Notes under the pieces: model-generated
Database searches by the model: none
What the model saw: the letters and a program-made list of their open reading frames with translations, nothing else
Told to the model about the DNA's origin: nothing
Source: Octopus vulgaris
Taxonomy: Eukaryota
Assembly: GCA_951406725.2 (NCBI GenBank)
Contig: OX597824.1
Coordinates: 37,386,001 to 37,450,000 of the forward strand
Reading direction: 5' to 3'
Length of the DNA stretch: 64,000 bases
Position numbers and translations under genes: made by a program
Shown: piece by piece, positions 26,773 through 38,273 of the stretch
Position numbering within the stretch: position 1 is the first letter of the stretch
How the letters are laid out: each line of letters begins with the position of its first letter

Positions 26773-27514
26773 GCCAGATTATTTAATTAGATTTTTTTAA
26801 CTAAACACTTTGAAACTTCAGATACTATTTCATTTTTCTTTTTGTCTGGAAGATTTGGTTGCTCTTTCTAGCAACTCGAGCGACCAGGTAAAGGCTCTGT
26901 CATGGCCTCATCTCATTCCCTTTGTCACATGTTGTTTAGTCCCAAGTTGGATCTAATTGAACAGTAGTGATCAAAGATGTCTCAACTGTGTCCATTCCAT
27001 CTTTCTTCCCACACATAATGGACTCTACGTGTATATCACAGGTTAGAGGTTTTTCTATTCTGTATATAAAAAAGTTTGGCTACTTTTTCTAGCAGGTTAT
27101 GCAACCACATACAGGCTCTGTTGTTGGTCTGTCTCAATAATAGTTTTGTTGTTATTTAGCCTCAAATCAACCCTGATACAGCAAACCTAAGTTGCCATAA
27201 AAGCATCTCTGGTTATTAAAGAAGGGTTTTGTTAGGGGAGTGGACCTGGAAGTTATTATTCGCAAACAGCAGTAGTAATTTTCTTCAGCTGAATAGACGT
27301 CATTGATTAGTTAAAATTACCCAAATATGAAAACTTTAACATGGAATAATTTCTAAAATACAAGACTTTGTCAAAAACGTTAAGAGTAAACCCTGTTCTA
27401 TGTGACACATTCTATCAGTATCCGAAGTTTCAAAGTGTTTAGTTTTAAAAACTTAATTTAAAAATCTGGCCATCAAATTGAAAAGATCCCTGTGATTGGT
27501 AAGCAAGCTACTTA

Positions 27515-27557
<43 letters not shown>

Positions 27558-27564
27558 AAACTTA

Positions 27565-28252
27565 CTTGGAAGAGGATGCATGGTGTTCAATCGGAAGAGG
27601 CAGACCCAGAAAACCTGGGACGAGGTGGTGAAGCACGACCTTCGAAATTTAGGTCTCACTGAGGAAATGACTAGAGACCGAGACCTTTGGAAGTATGCTG
27701 TACATGAGAAGACCTGGCAAGACAAGTGAGACCATAACCCGTGGCCTCTACATGGGATGTAGCCAGTCCACTTATGCATACCTTTCCTTCTTGGGACACA
27801 AAACTCCACTTGTGAAGACCTGTTGAGGCAAGTGAAAATCGAAATCGATCAACATCAATGGAAATTGCTGCTGTGATACCAGTGCTGGTGGCATGTAAGA
27901 GAACCATCCAAACGTGGCCGTTGCCAGTGCCGCCCCGACTGGCCTTGTGCCGGTGGCACGTAAAAAGCACCATCCGATTGTGGCTGTTTCCAGCCTCGCC
28001 TGGACCCCGTGCCGGTGGCACGTAAAATGCAACATTCGATCGTGGCCATTTGCCAGCCACCTCTGGCACCTGTGCCGGTAGCATGTAAAAAGCACCCACT
28101 CGGAGTGGTTGGTGTTAGGAAGGGCATCCAGCCGTAGAAACATTGCCAGATCAGACTGGGCCTGGTGCAGCCTTCTGGCTTCCCAGACCCCAGTTGAACC
28201 GTCCAACCCATGCTAGCATGGAAAGCGGATGCTAAACGATGATGATGATGAT
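27565..28252 (+). mobile_element. RTE-like LINE 3' fragment
   Basis: RGRPRKTWDEVVKHDLRNLGLTEEM..., 3' UTR repeats and (GAT)n tail. Confidence 0.9.
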
Positions 28253-28324
28253 ATATATATATATTTCGCTTTTGGATTTAGTTTGCAAGATTCTTTATAT
28301 GAGTTCGTGTGTTGAAGCATATTC

Positions 28325-28597
28325 TGTTGTGTCTGGGGAGAGTCATTTTCTTTTTGTGCTTTATAATGTGACACACTCACCAGTAAAATTTCCACTTTTT
28401 TTCTTATTTTTATTTTTCTCAAATTTTTGTTGCATCTTGCAATCTTTGCAATAGCTTTGACTCAAAGCTATTGAAAAGGTTGTAAGACGCAATGAAAATT
28501 TTAGGAAAATTAAATTAAGAAATAAGTGGAAATTTTACTGGTGAGTGTGTCACATTATAAGGCACAAAAAGAAAATGACTCTCCCCAGACACAACAG
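28325..28597. repeat. Spacerless ~273-bp palindrome centred at 28461
   Basis: ctgttgtgtctggggagagtcatt...atagctttga C tcaaagctat...aatgactctccccagacacaacag. Confidence 0.92.
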
Positions 28598-28627
<30 letters not shown>

Positions 28628-28632
<5 letters not shown>

Positions 28633-29741
28633 TAAGAATAGCCTGGGCAAAGTTTAGGGAGCTCTTACCTCTGCTGGTGACTAAAGGCCTCTTGCTCAGA
28701 GTAAAAGGCAGACTGTATGATGCATGTGTACGAACAGCCATGCTACATGGCAGTGAAACATGGGCCGTGACTGCTGAGGACATGCGTAAGCTCGCGAGGA
28801 ATGAAGCCAGTATGCTCCGATGGATGTGTAATGTCAGTGTGCATACTCGACAGAGTGTTAGTACCTTGAGAGAAATGTTGGACCTAAGAAGCATCAGTTG
28901 TGTGCAAGAGAGACGATTGCACTGGTATGGTCATGTGGCGAGAATGGATGAAGATAGGTGTGTGAAAAAGTGCCAATCCCTAGCAGTTGAGGGAACCCGT
29001 GGAAGATGTAGACCCAGGAAAACCTGGGATGAGGTGGTGAAGCACGACTTTCGAACTTTAGGCCTCACTGAGGAAATGACCAGCGACCGAGAACTTTGGA
29101 AATATGCTGTACGTGAGAAGACCAGGCAGGACAAGTGAGTCCAGCCCACTTATGCATGCCTTTCCTCCCTTGGACACACAAAGACCTGTTGAGGCAAGCG
29201 AAGTCGATATCGAACCTTATCCGACGACAGGCACCCATGCCAACCCCCCTTTGCTTGCGAAGACCTTTTGGGGCAAGTGAAATCAAAATCGGAATCGAAA
29301 TTGAACCAATCCTGTGACTGGCACCCGGCAGATGCCAGGACCCCTGGACTGGTGGTACGTAAAAAGCACTATCCGAATTGTGGCTGATGCCAGCTCCGCC
29401 TCGACTGGCTTCCATGCCGGTGGCACGTAAAAAGCACCATCCGAATCGTGGCCGAAGCCAGTGCCGCCTCGACTGGCTTCCGTGCCGGTGGCACGTAAAA
29501 TGCACCAATCTGACCGTGGCCGTTGCCAGCCTCGCGTGGGACCTGTGCAGGTGGCACGTAAAAAGCACCCACTACACTCACGGAGTGGTTGGCATTAGGA
29601 AGGGCATCCAGCTGTAGAAACATTGCCAGATAAGACTGGAGCCTGGTGCAGCCTTCTGGCTTCCCAGATCCCCGGTCGAACCGTCCAACCCATGCTAGCA
29701 TGGAGAACGGACGTTAAATGATGATGATGATGATGATGATA
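28628..29741 (+). mobile_element. RTE-like LINE, 5'-truncated
   Basis: ORF 28677-29138 (LYDACVRTAMLHGSETW...RRLHWYGHVARM), 3' UTR repeats and (GAT)n tail. Confidence 0.92.
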
Positions 29742-30054
29742 TATGTGCATATGAGGTCACAGGATGTCACGAAATGTGTACAACACAAAATATACAAAGT
29801 ATGATTACATGGAATATGAACTATTTTTTTGAACAATGAAAGACTCAAATGGAAAACAAAACAAACACAAGAAATGATCCTTCATCAGTTGTTGGCTATT
29901 TTCCTACTCTCGTATTTCAAGTACTATATGCATATATATATATATATATATAAAAGAAAAATAAGAAAAAGAAAATGGAGATTGGGAAGTTAATAATTGT
30001 TTATTATTATCAGCAGATTAACCATCTTCACTTACAGCTGTTTCAGTTAATACT

Positions 30055-30686
30055 CATTTCATTAAACTTCAGTTTGCACCCCAAATTATTTATGCCAGCA
30101 CCTGGTAATATAAAAAGACAATGTTTAAACGTAATCGATGATCACAAATGTAATTAAAGTCTCGTTACTTAAATAGTTATTACTTATATTTTACTTTTTC
30201 TATTTATGGTAGAATCATCTGGTTGTTTTTCTGCTCTTTTTATTTTGTTTTATTTTCAGACATTAAAAGTTTCATTTTCCTATGTTCATCGTCATTGAAT
30301 TTTATAACGTGCATAGTACAAAGAGGCCTACCCACCTATACACACGCCTACTCTCAGCTAGCTGGGTTTTACCAAGCTTCTATAGGTTTCTATAGAAAGA
30401 GGTCATTGAGAGGGAAAGCTTTGATTGCTGGTGTCCTCTGCCGTACCTTGTGCTCTATGCAAGATATTAAATGACTATAATGCAGAACAACACCAGTGGC
30501 ATTTCCAAAGTTGTTTTAGAGCAAAGCTAACAATATTTTCTTTTGGAGAATAAATTATTAAACTCTTGTTACAAAAATGTTTATTTACACTATAATGAAA
30601 GGAAGTAACGACACTGCAGACTGATTATCTTACAATGAGAATGTAGTCAACATTAAAGCTACGAGATATGACTAAATAAAACTTGT
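30055..30686. repeat. Copy 2 of the local duplication (SINE-free)
   Basis: See 24011-24861. Confidence 0.9.
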
Positions 30687-30687
30687 G

Positions 30688-30761
<74 letters not shown>

Positions 30762-31799
30762 CATACATATACATATATTAAATTTATATTTATATAAATT
30801 TAATATATTCGTTTTTTTTAGCAGTAATTCTAAGACTAGAAACTCTATTTATCAATGTAAAATTACTTCTGGTTCTGACATCTTTTTTTTATATAGGTAG
30901 TTCTTCATTTCACTTGTTCTAAAGAATATCTAATCATTACTCTACATTTAGGCATATCAATAAATGTAATAATACTGGGCTTAGTAAATTAATCTGGTAT
31001 CTAAAAGATCATAATAAACAATTTAATTTGGAATGGAATATTCTCTCCATTTCTTTTCCTTATGATAAAGGTAAATTGTTGTGCTTGCTTTGTAAAAGTG
31101 AAATGTTTTTTATCCTATTCTCAAAGAATCCTCTTGTAAACATGTTTATAAAATGCATTTATTATTTCAAACATTGCCAGGAACATACCTTTAGTTCCTA
31201 TAAGTGATTTCTACCATTCTATAACATTCAACCTTTGACTGTCTTCTTACATTGCACTTCCACTAAATATATCTACTTTCACACTTTTAAGCTCCCCACT
31301 ATTAGTTTTCTGCTAATTTCTTTCTCTCTCTTTCTATAAATTATCTTTGATTTTATATCTACTAATGGTTTAAAAAAAAAAACTTGATATCATTTCCTTC
31401 ATCATATACACAGTCACCACATTCTGTTAAAATGTTTTATTGATGTGTTTGGTTTCTTTCTTTCTCTGATGAGAAGATTGCATTGTTTTACACCATTTTA
31501 TTCCTTCTGGAATAATACCAATGTTGTCTTCAAAACATATTTCAGCAGTAAAAGAATTTGAATAACACCTGTGTTTAACTCCATTTATACATATATATTT
31601 GGATATAGGCATATATCTCCTCACCTCTCTCTATATATATATATTTGGATATAGGCACGTATCCCCCCCCACCTTGTGTGTGTGTATGTGAGACTGATAA
31701 ATTATGTACAGTTTGTGATAAAAATTTGCAGTTCTATTTTGATTAAACTACCAGTGTCTTTAAAACAAAACTTTTGCTCCAGTTCACTCATCTGTAGAA

Positions 31800-32300
31800 A
31801 GGAGTTGAAGCGAAACGTTAGCACGCCGGGTGAAATGCGTAGCTGTATTTTGTCTGTCGTTACGTTCTGAGTTCAAATTCCGCCGAGGTCGACTTTGCCT
31901 TTCATCCTTTCGGGGTCAATAAATTAAGTACCAGTTACGCACTGGAGTTGATGCAATGGACTTAATCCGTGTGTCTGTCCTTGTTTGTTCCCTTTGTGTT
32001 TAGCCCCTTGTGGGTAGTAAAGAAATAGGTATCACTGGTGCCAAGCTGCTCGGGACTGCACCGAGAAAGTTACCCTTCAAGACACTAGTCCAGGCAAGGT
32101 TGTTTATGGAAGACCAGCAGTCACCTATGCATACCAGTCTCCCCTCTCCACACTACTGATGTTATCCAAGGGAAAGGCAAAGGCCAATACAGCTTGGCAC
32201 CAGTGATGCCGCAACTCCTTTCTACAGCTGAGTGAACTGGAGCAATATTAAATAAAGTGTCTTGCTCAAGAACACAATATTCAGCCCGGTCTGGGAATAC
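31800..32300. mobile_element. SINE family B (+, ~31800-32030) abutting a V-SINE-like copy (-, ~32035-32300)
   Basis: Family B match, followed by the reverse complement of tgtgttcttgagcaagacactt...ttgctccagttcactcagctg shared with the 7544 family. Confidence 0.75.
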
Positions 32301-33444
32301 ATATATATATTCTATCTTATTTATTTATTTTACTTTATTTAAAAAAAATTATTATATTCAAATTAATCCATTAACATTCACGCACACACAAAAATAAAAA
32401 TAAAATAACTCCATTTATTTAGTTAACTGGTATGAACTAAGAGGTCAACATGTAATCTTTTAATGTATATATTTTTTCCCTGATGATATTTTACTCATAT
32501 CTTATAAATGCAAATTTAAAGCATAAATTTATAATTTATTTAATGAGCACAAATGGAAACAGCTGTAGGGAGCAAGAATGATCAATTTATTAATAATTGG
32601 AAGGCAGCGAGCAGCAGAATCGTTGGCACTCTGGACAACATGCTAAGAAGCATTTCGTCTGTCTTTACGTTCTGAGTTCAAATTCCGGCTAAGTCGACTT
32701 TGTCTTGAGGAAATAAGTACTTGTCGATCACTGGGGTGAATTCAATCGACTAGTCTCTCCATTAAAATTTCAGGCCTTGTGCCTGTAGTAGAGAGGCACG
32801 AAACTCTCGGCCCTTGAGTCACTGTGTTGCTTCTACTAGATGCTGGTTTCAAATTTTGGCACAAGCAATTTCGGGAGAGGGTGTAAGTCGATTACATCGA
32901 CCCCAATATTTTATCAATCTCGAAAAGAAGAAATGCAAAGTCGACCCCGAGGGAATTTGAACTCAGAACGTAAAAATGGACATGCACACACACACGCACA
33001 CGCAGTCATAGGCTAATCACATCTACGAATGAACCTCTACGTGATTTCTCGACTCGCTGGAAATAGCAATATTCCCTTGAATCACACTTCTACAACCTAA
33101 AAAGAAAAAAAAGAAAGAAAATGGGTAAAATTTACAAGTTCAATGAATAAAATGAAATCTTGGGTAATCACGAACTAAGGAAAATGAATGACAGAATTGA
33201 TTTCGTTTCTCTTTTAAGAATATTTCCAGTGATTCAGGTCGGTATTCACTTAAAAGGGGAAACTATAGGTAAAATTATTATTGTCGATAAGGAAATCCTA
33301 AAAAAAAATTCATAAATTACCCCAGCACGGGAAATAACATTTTTATGAAGAATTGGAAATAACAGAAAGTGGGAGGAAAAAGATAAAGCATTGAGAGAGA
33401 GGAGTGGTATTAGTTATAATGGGAGTAAGAGGTGAAGCCGTCAT

Positions 33445-33540
33445 CCAATCATATTGCTTGTTTTATTTTGGTTTTTCCCTACATACATTATCTTCGGATG
33501 TATATAAAAGTAACTCAGTCATATTTCTCATAGTCATTGC
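33445..33540 (+). promoter_or_regulatory. Core promoter of the IkB gene (CCAAT, kB-like site, TATA)
   Basis: CCAAT at 33445-33449; GGTTTTTCCC at 33470-33479 (GGGAAAAACC on -); TATATAAAAG at 33501-33510; TCA initiator-like motifs at ~33528-33536, about 200 bp before the ATG. Confidence 0.65.
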
Positions 33541-33738
33541 TGCACAAGAAAGAAACAAGACGGACTGTAACATACATACGCCTTGTAGCAATTAATTAGG
33601 AACTGGTTAATTAACCCAGTGGTTTACTGCACTTTTTGTTTTGCAGTCTGTGTGTTTTATATCATACACAGGTTTGCTGCAGATTTCTATCTTTTCATAA
33701 TTGGTTTTTTCGTGGTTTGCCCTAATTTCTGTTAAACC

Positions 33739-34109
33739 ATGGAACTACGAGACGACATTCTTCGTCTTGAGAGAAACTTCAAGAAAATAAACGTCGACTC
33801 TCAGTCATTTGATTCTGCTTACTATAGCAATTATTCTGCATCTTCAAGCGGTTCGGTGGACATAGAAGAAAAACCGTCATCGGGGAGTTCATGTAACGAA
33901 ATCCTCAAATCTGACTTGGCTGCTATTCCTGAGACTGGCGACTGTAAAGACCTTATCCAGCCCTCAGTTTGTAAACCAACATCTGAAGCCAAACCACCTT
34001 CGTCAATATCATCATCATCTACTATCATCTCTCATGATGAGCAGGACGATGGATTTTTTACTCAGTCCAACGTTGATGACTTATATAATCAAGACGAAGA
34101 CGGAGATTC
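33739..34109 (+). CDS. NFKBIA: IkB (NF-kB inhibitor, cactus/IkBalpha-like) exon 1: signal-response domain
   Basis: ATG in ACCATGG context; KK...DSAYYS degron region; ends QDEDGD-TC|GTAAGT, joining in frame to exon 2. One-to-one orthology to NFKBIA is not established. Confidence 0.9.
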
Positions 34110-34289
34110 GTAAGTTTAATTTATTGATATTTATTTTTAAAATATTATGTTGATATATTTCGTAAATTGTTAAAGGTACACGCATACATAAATATGTACA
34201 TCTATATAACATAGATATACTTATTGTATACGTGTTAATTGTTTATAATTACTCACAATGTCGATATACACAGACAGCCACACATATGC

Positions 34290-34535
34290 AATACATAAAC
34301 ACACACATAATCAGCATAACACACACACACACACATACACCTCATACATAAACACACACATAATCAGCATAACACGCGCGCACACATACACCTCATACAT
34401 AAACACACACATAATCAGCATAACACGCGCGCACACATACACCTCATACATAAACACACATAATCAGCATAACACACACATACACACCTCATACATAAAC
34501 ACATACATAATCAGCATAACGCACACACACACACC
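34290..34535. repeat. ~46-48-bp CA-rich minisatellite in IkB intron 1
   Basis: catacacctcatacataaacacacacataatcagcataacac repeated about 5 times. Confidence 0.9.
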
Positions 34536-34578
34536 TACACAACATTTATGGGTTTTTTTACTTCATAAAAATATCGCT

Positions 34579-34622
34579 GGGAAATTCCGTTTGTTCTGAT
34601 TGGTCAATCCACGTCACATGAC
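34579..34622 (+). promoter_or_regulatory. Candidate intronic enhancer: kB + inverted CCAAT + CRE/UPRE + E-box
   Basis: GGGAAATTCC at 34579-34588 (exact GGGRNWYYCC), ATTGG at 34599-34603, CCACGTCA at 34609-34616, GTCACATGAC at 34613-34622. Confidence 0.6.
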
Positions 34623-35980
34623 TAACATATCTGTGACCTTTAACCAATTTTTTTTTGGTTTTTCCTTTTCAATCCGGATTTTATTTATTTTTACATTTTC
34701 CTATTTCAACAAATTATGTTAAATGGTTTTACTAATTTATGTCACTTCATCCTTGTATCAGATAATGTCTCTTGTTCCTTGTTTTACTGTTAATGCCTCC
34801 ATATTTCGAGTGACGTTATGACTTCACTCGTACCCAAATTAACAAGACAATTATTACTACATTTTTTTTTTTTATGAATAAATTAGTAAAATAATTGAAG
34901 ATTGAAATAAAGGTTAAATTATCTATCGTCATTTAAACCTCTCTTTACTACTACGTTAGTCAAGAATAAACCCCCCACATAGTGTCGTCCTAGTTCTTAA
35001 CTCTTATTAATATCCTTCCATCAACCCTGGCTCAGTTCACTGACCTCTATTTCATTATTTATTAAATATTTGTAGTTTTCAGGGGTCTGTATGGCTTTTG
35101 TCCACCCGTTCCATTTCTCCCTAGGTGTCTTTTTGGTCATTGATGTTACAGTAGGTGGCCTCCTTACTGATCTACTTGGGCTGAAACAACTAAGGTTGTG
35201 TATGTCTGGGTACTCTTTGTCACATACATGCAGACACGTAAGTCTGAAGAGGAAGGCTCAGTTTCTTTGTCAATACCACGAAACTCTACGTCGCTATCGT
35301 TGATCATCACCCCAGCAAAATCAACGTCACTGTATGGTCATAGGGAAGAGATAGAATGGATTGGATATTTATTATTCTTGATATAAAATCTTAGACATTA
35401 ATAAAACAATGGGTTCAACAGATCTGACAAAATTAAAAACGCTGTTTTTTTTTTTTCCGAAAATTTTCAACTAATATATTTACAAGAATTAAATTTCCCT
35501 GGTCATGTGGGTGGATGTAGTTATTAATTTTCGAAATTAAAATGCAAGGTACGTAGGATTTAGTCCTTGAGTGTGTAGGAATATTGATGCAGAAAAATGT
35601 TTGCATACATGAGCCATTGCTTTACAGAATCTATGCTAGAAACATGGAGAATTGAAGTGAAAAGAAAAAAAATTTAAGCCCTTTCCCTTTTTTTTTTTTT
35701 TTTTTAGCGGGATTAGGTAATTAACGCTGTTGTTTGAGGGAGGTTTAGCTGTTTTGAACAGGTTCAGCAACTGCAGAGGTGTGTGATTAAAGCAAAAAAA
35801 AAACAAAAAAACTAAGAGGCGGAAATGTATAAAAGTGAAATTGACTTTTGAAACCAAGGAAAAAAAATAGTTCTAACATAGTAGTTTATAAAAGTGACCG
35901 TTGTTAGTAAATTTATTTTTAATCAATGTGTTTGTGTTAAAATAATCTTAAATTGCATTTTTTTAATTTTATATTTTCAG

Positions 35981-36297
35981 AGTTCTGCACATGGCTATTA
36001 TTGAATGCGACGCCAATCTCGCCGAATATTACATAATAAATGTCAGAATGTTGTCGTGCAATCATTTACTTGACTTGCAGAACAACCTTTTCCAGACACC
36101 CCTCCACTTGGCTGTTGTTACTAAACAGTATGGTATTGTTGAGCTATTGGTCAGAAATGGAGCGTCAGTCGATATCAGAGACAATAATGGCAATACTCCC
36201 TTACATGTAGCTTGTCGGGATGGAGACTTTGAATGTGTGAAAATGTTGCTTGGTGCCAAGAATATTAAAAAGTCACTGAATATGCTTAATTATGACG
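35981..36297 (+). CDS. NFKBIA: IkB exon 2: ankyrin repeats 1-3
   Basis: TTTCAG| acceptor; (S)VLHMAII...QNNLFQTPLHLAV...DNNGNTPLHVAC...NYD-G|GTGAGT. Confidence 0.95.
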
Positions 36298-36647
36298 GTG
36301 AGTTATAAAAACTCTTAATATGGTTCATGTATCTAATAAGTTCAAGCCAGTATTTATATCCTGTTGATTCTATAAGTTTTATTAATTTTTTAAAGTGTTT
36401 AGCTTTTAATTTCAAATTGAAACACAAAATAGATTAAACTGATTTAAACATTAAACCAATTCAAGCATTAAACTTGACCCAAATAAAATGAAAGTAGTAA
36501 GAGTTTTATTGCATGCAATAAAATGATATTTGTTTGTAACTACGTAGAAAGGACTAAAACGATTTTAGTACATTGTATAGCAAGAATGTAAACGAAATTA
36601 TTAACATATTTGTTTTATTGATTTAGTATTAATGATTATGTTTTCAG

Positions 36648-36736
36648 GTTTGACAAGTATTCATCTTGCTGCTCTCCGTAAACCATATCCTACAGTCAGT
36701 ATTTTGCTTTATGCTGGTGCCAATATCAATGTACAG
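36648..36736 (+). CDS. NFKBIA: IkB exon 3: ankyrin repeat 4
   Basis: TTTTCAG| (G)LTSIHLAALRKPYPTVSILLYAGANINVQ |GTAAAT. 89 nt, phases consistent; not in the ORF track. Confidence 0.92.
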
Positions 36737-37398
36737 GTAAATATCTTAACCATTTTCATGTAGCTTCTTAATAATCTTATTACTGACCTATTTTGATAGC
36801 TCCTCACATGACATGTATGTGTAATTTACTCATTCCGGACGTGTCACATTGCTTTACTCATATTTGCAATACACATTGAGTATTTTAGTGTACACGCGTA
36901 CAGTTGCTGGTACTGGAATATTTTTATGCTTTAAAATTGAGTTATAAAAATGATTAATTCGTTAGTTACTAGCTCTGTTTTCATTTGAAGGGATTAGAAA
37001 CCTGTTGAATTATTATAATTACATAAAAGGATGGTAATTATCGTTAGTCACATATTACTTTCCAAGTTAGTTTAGGGTCAAATATTTTATTTTACTGCTA
37101 TCAAATGACAGTATAGTTGACACACAATTTACAAGATGAAAAATATAATATTATATCCAAACTATTAAATTCATTGAATCCTGTTTTCAGATGTTTTGCA
37201 AACACCTGATTTGACCTTTGCCATTGAAATAAAAAATATTTTAGGTAGAACATTTAAATTTTTATAATTTTTTATGTTTTACAAATAACGATAAAAATAT
37301 CACAAATAATTTGTAGTTAGTGATTTAAAATCTTTTATGTTAATAAGATATTGTTTTACTTTGTTTTGTACAATGGAACTCTCTTGGTTTTGTTGCAG

Positions 37399-37635
37399 GA
37401 TGGAAAAAGTGGTCGAACTATTCTTCATTATGCTGTTGAATCAAATGATAAAATTTTAGTTTATCAACTCTTCAAGTACCCAGAACTAAATATTAATGCT
37501 GTAACATTTGGTGGTGTGACAGCATATTGTCTTGCTGATGATCAGAACAATGAATTGATGAAGAACATATTGAGAACAAACGGTGCTTCTTTATTTTATA
37601 GAGACAGCAGTTCAGAGGACTCAGATGATGATATG
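37399..37635 (+). CDS. NFKBIA: IkB exon 4: ankyrin repeats 5-6 and acidic PEST region
   Basis: TTGCAG| DGKSGRTILHYAVE...TFGGVTAYCLA...DSSSEDSDDDM |GTTAGT. DGKSGRT.LH is characteristic of invertebrate IkB/cactus. Confidence 0.93.
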
Positions 37636-37945
37636 GTTAGTATATTATTTAATGGTTCTGCTGATTTTCAAATTTCTCTTTGAGGATCTTATAAAATGTT
37701 TTAAAATATTTTGAGTCTTGAGTCAACTTAAGAAAACAGGTTACAAATAATGGTTTAGTATTCACTCATGCAATGGGCTTTAAAATTTGGTTGTTAAAGC
37801 TTGTACCTTATTTATTTTATGATGTTGGTTTTAGAGACATGTTGACTGATCATAGGTAAACCAATATCATTCCAGAAATAGTTGATAAATAGCTATCAAT
37901 TCTATGTACGTGTGTGTGTGGATGTGCGCATGTGTGCATAATGTG

Positions 37946-37988
<43 letters not shown>

Positions 37989-38123
37989 ATAAAATGATAT
38001 ATCAAAACTTATTGGAAATTCATTAGGTTGTATGTTAACATTTTATCAACATGTAACATTCTGTAAACTGTATTTTGTTACACTAGCAAAATTCTACATT
38101 TATATATTTTTTTATATTTTCAG

Positions 38124-38165
38124 TTCTTATCTGGTGATGTACATATGGACTATCAACCTTCATAG
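38124..38165 (+). CDS. NFKBIA: IkB exon 5 (terminal): FLSGDVHMDYQPS*
   Basis: Strong TTTTCAG acceptor at 38117-38123, phase 0, TAG 38163-38165. The spliced CDS is 1056 nt = 351 aa. Confidence 0.7.
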   Translation, partial: FLSGDVHMDYQPS

Positions 38166-38260
38166 TGGATACCATCTTTTGTGTGCTAAGAATAAACTAT
38201 TCCATTCTACGATGCTGCCGCCACAAGAAGCTGTTGGAGACTTTTAGGCATCAAAGGGTT

Positions 38261-38273
38261 ACTTCCATGAAGT
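38261..38273 (+). promoter_or_regulatory. Roquin-type constitutive decay element (CDE) in the IkB 3' UTR
   Basis: ACTTC-CAT-GAAGT: a 5-bp stem with a Y-R-Y triloop, matching UUCYRYGAA. Confidence 0.55.

Noticed and set aside
34599-34613. ATTGG...CCACG as an ERSE or ERSE-II element
   Set aside because: The spacing is 5 nt. ERSE-II needs 1 nt, and ERSE needs CCAAT-N9-CCACG.
37636-37683. Read-through C-terminus VSILFNGSADFQISL* of IkB exon 4
   Set aside because: A good GTTAGT donor and a phase-compatible downstream exon favour splicing. Intron retention cannot be excluded without RNA data.
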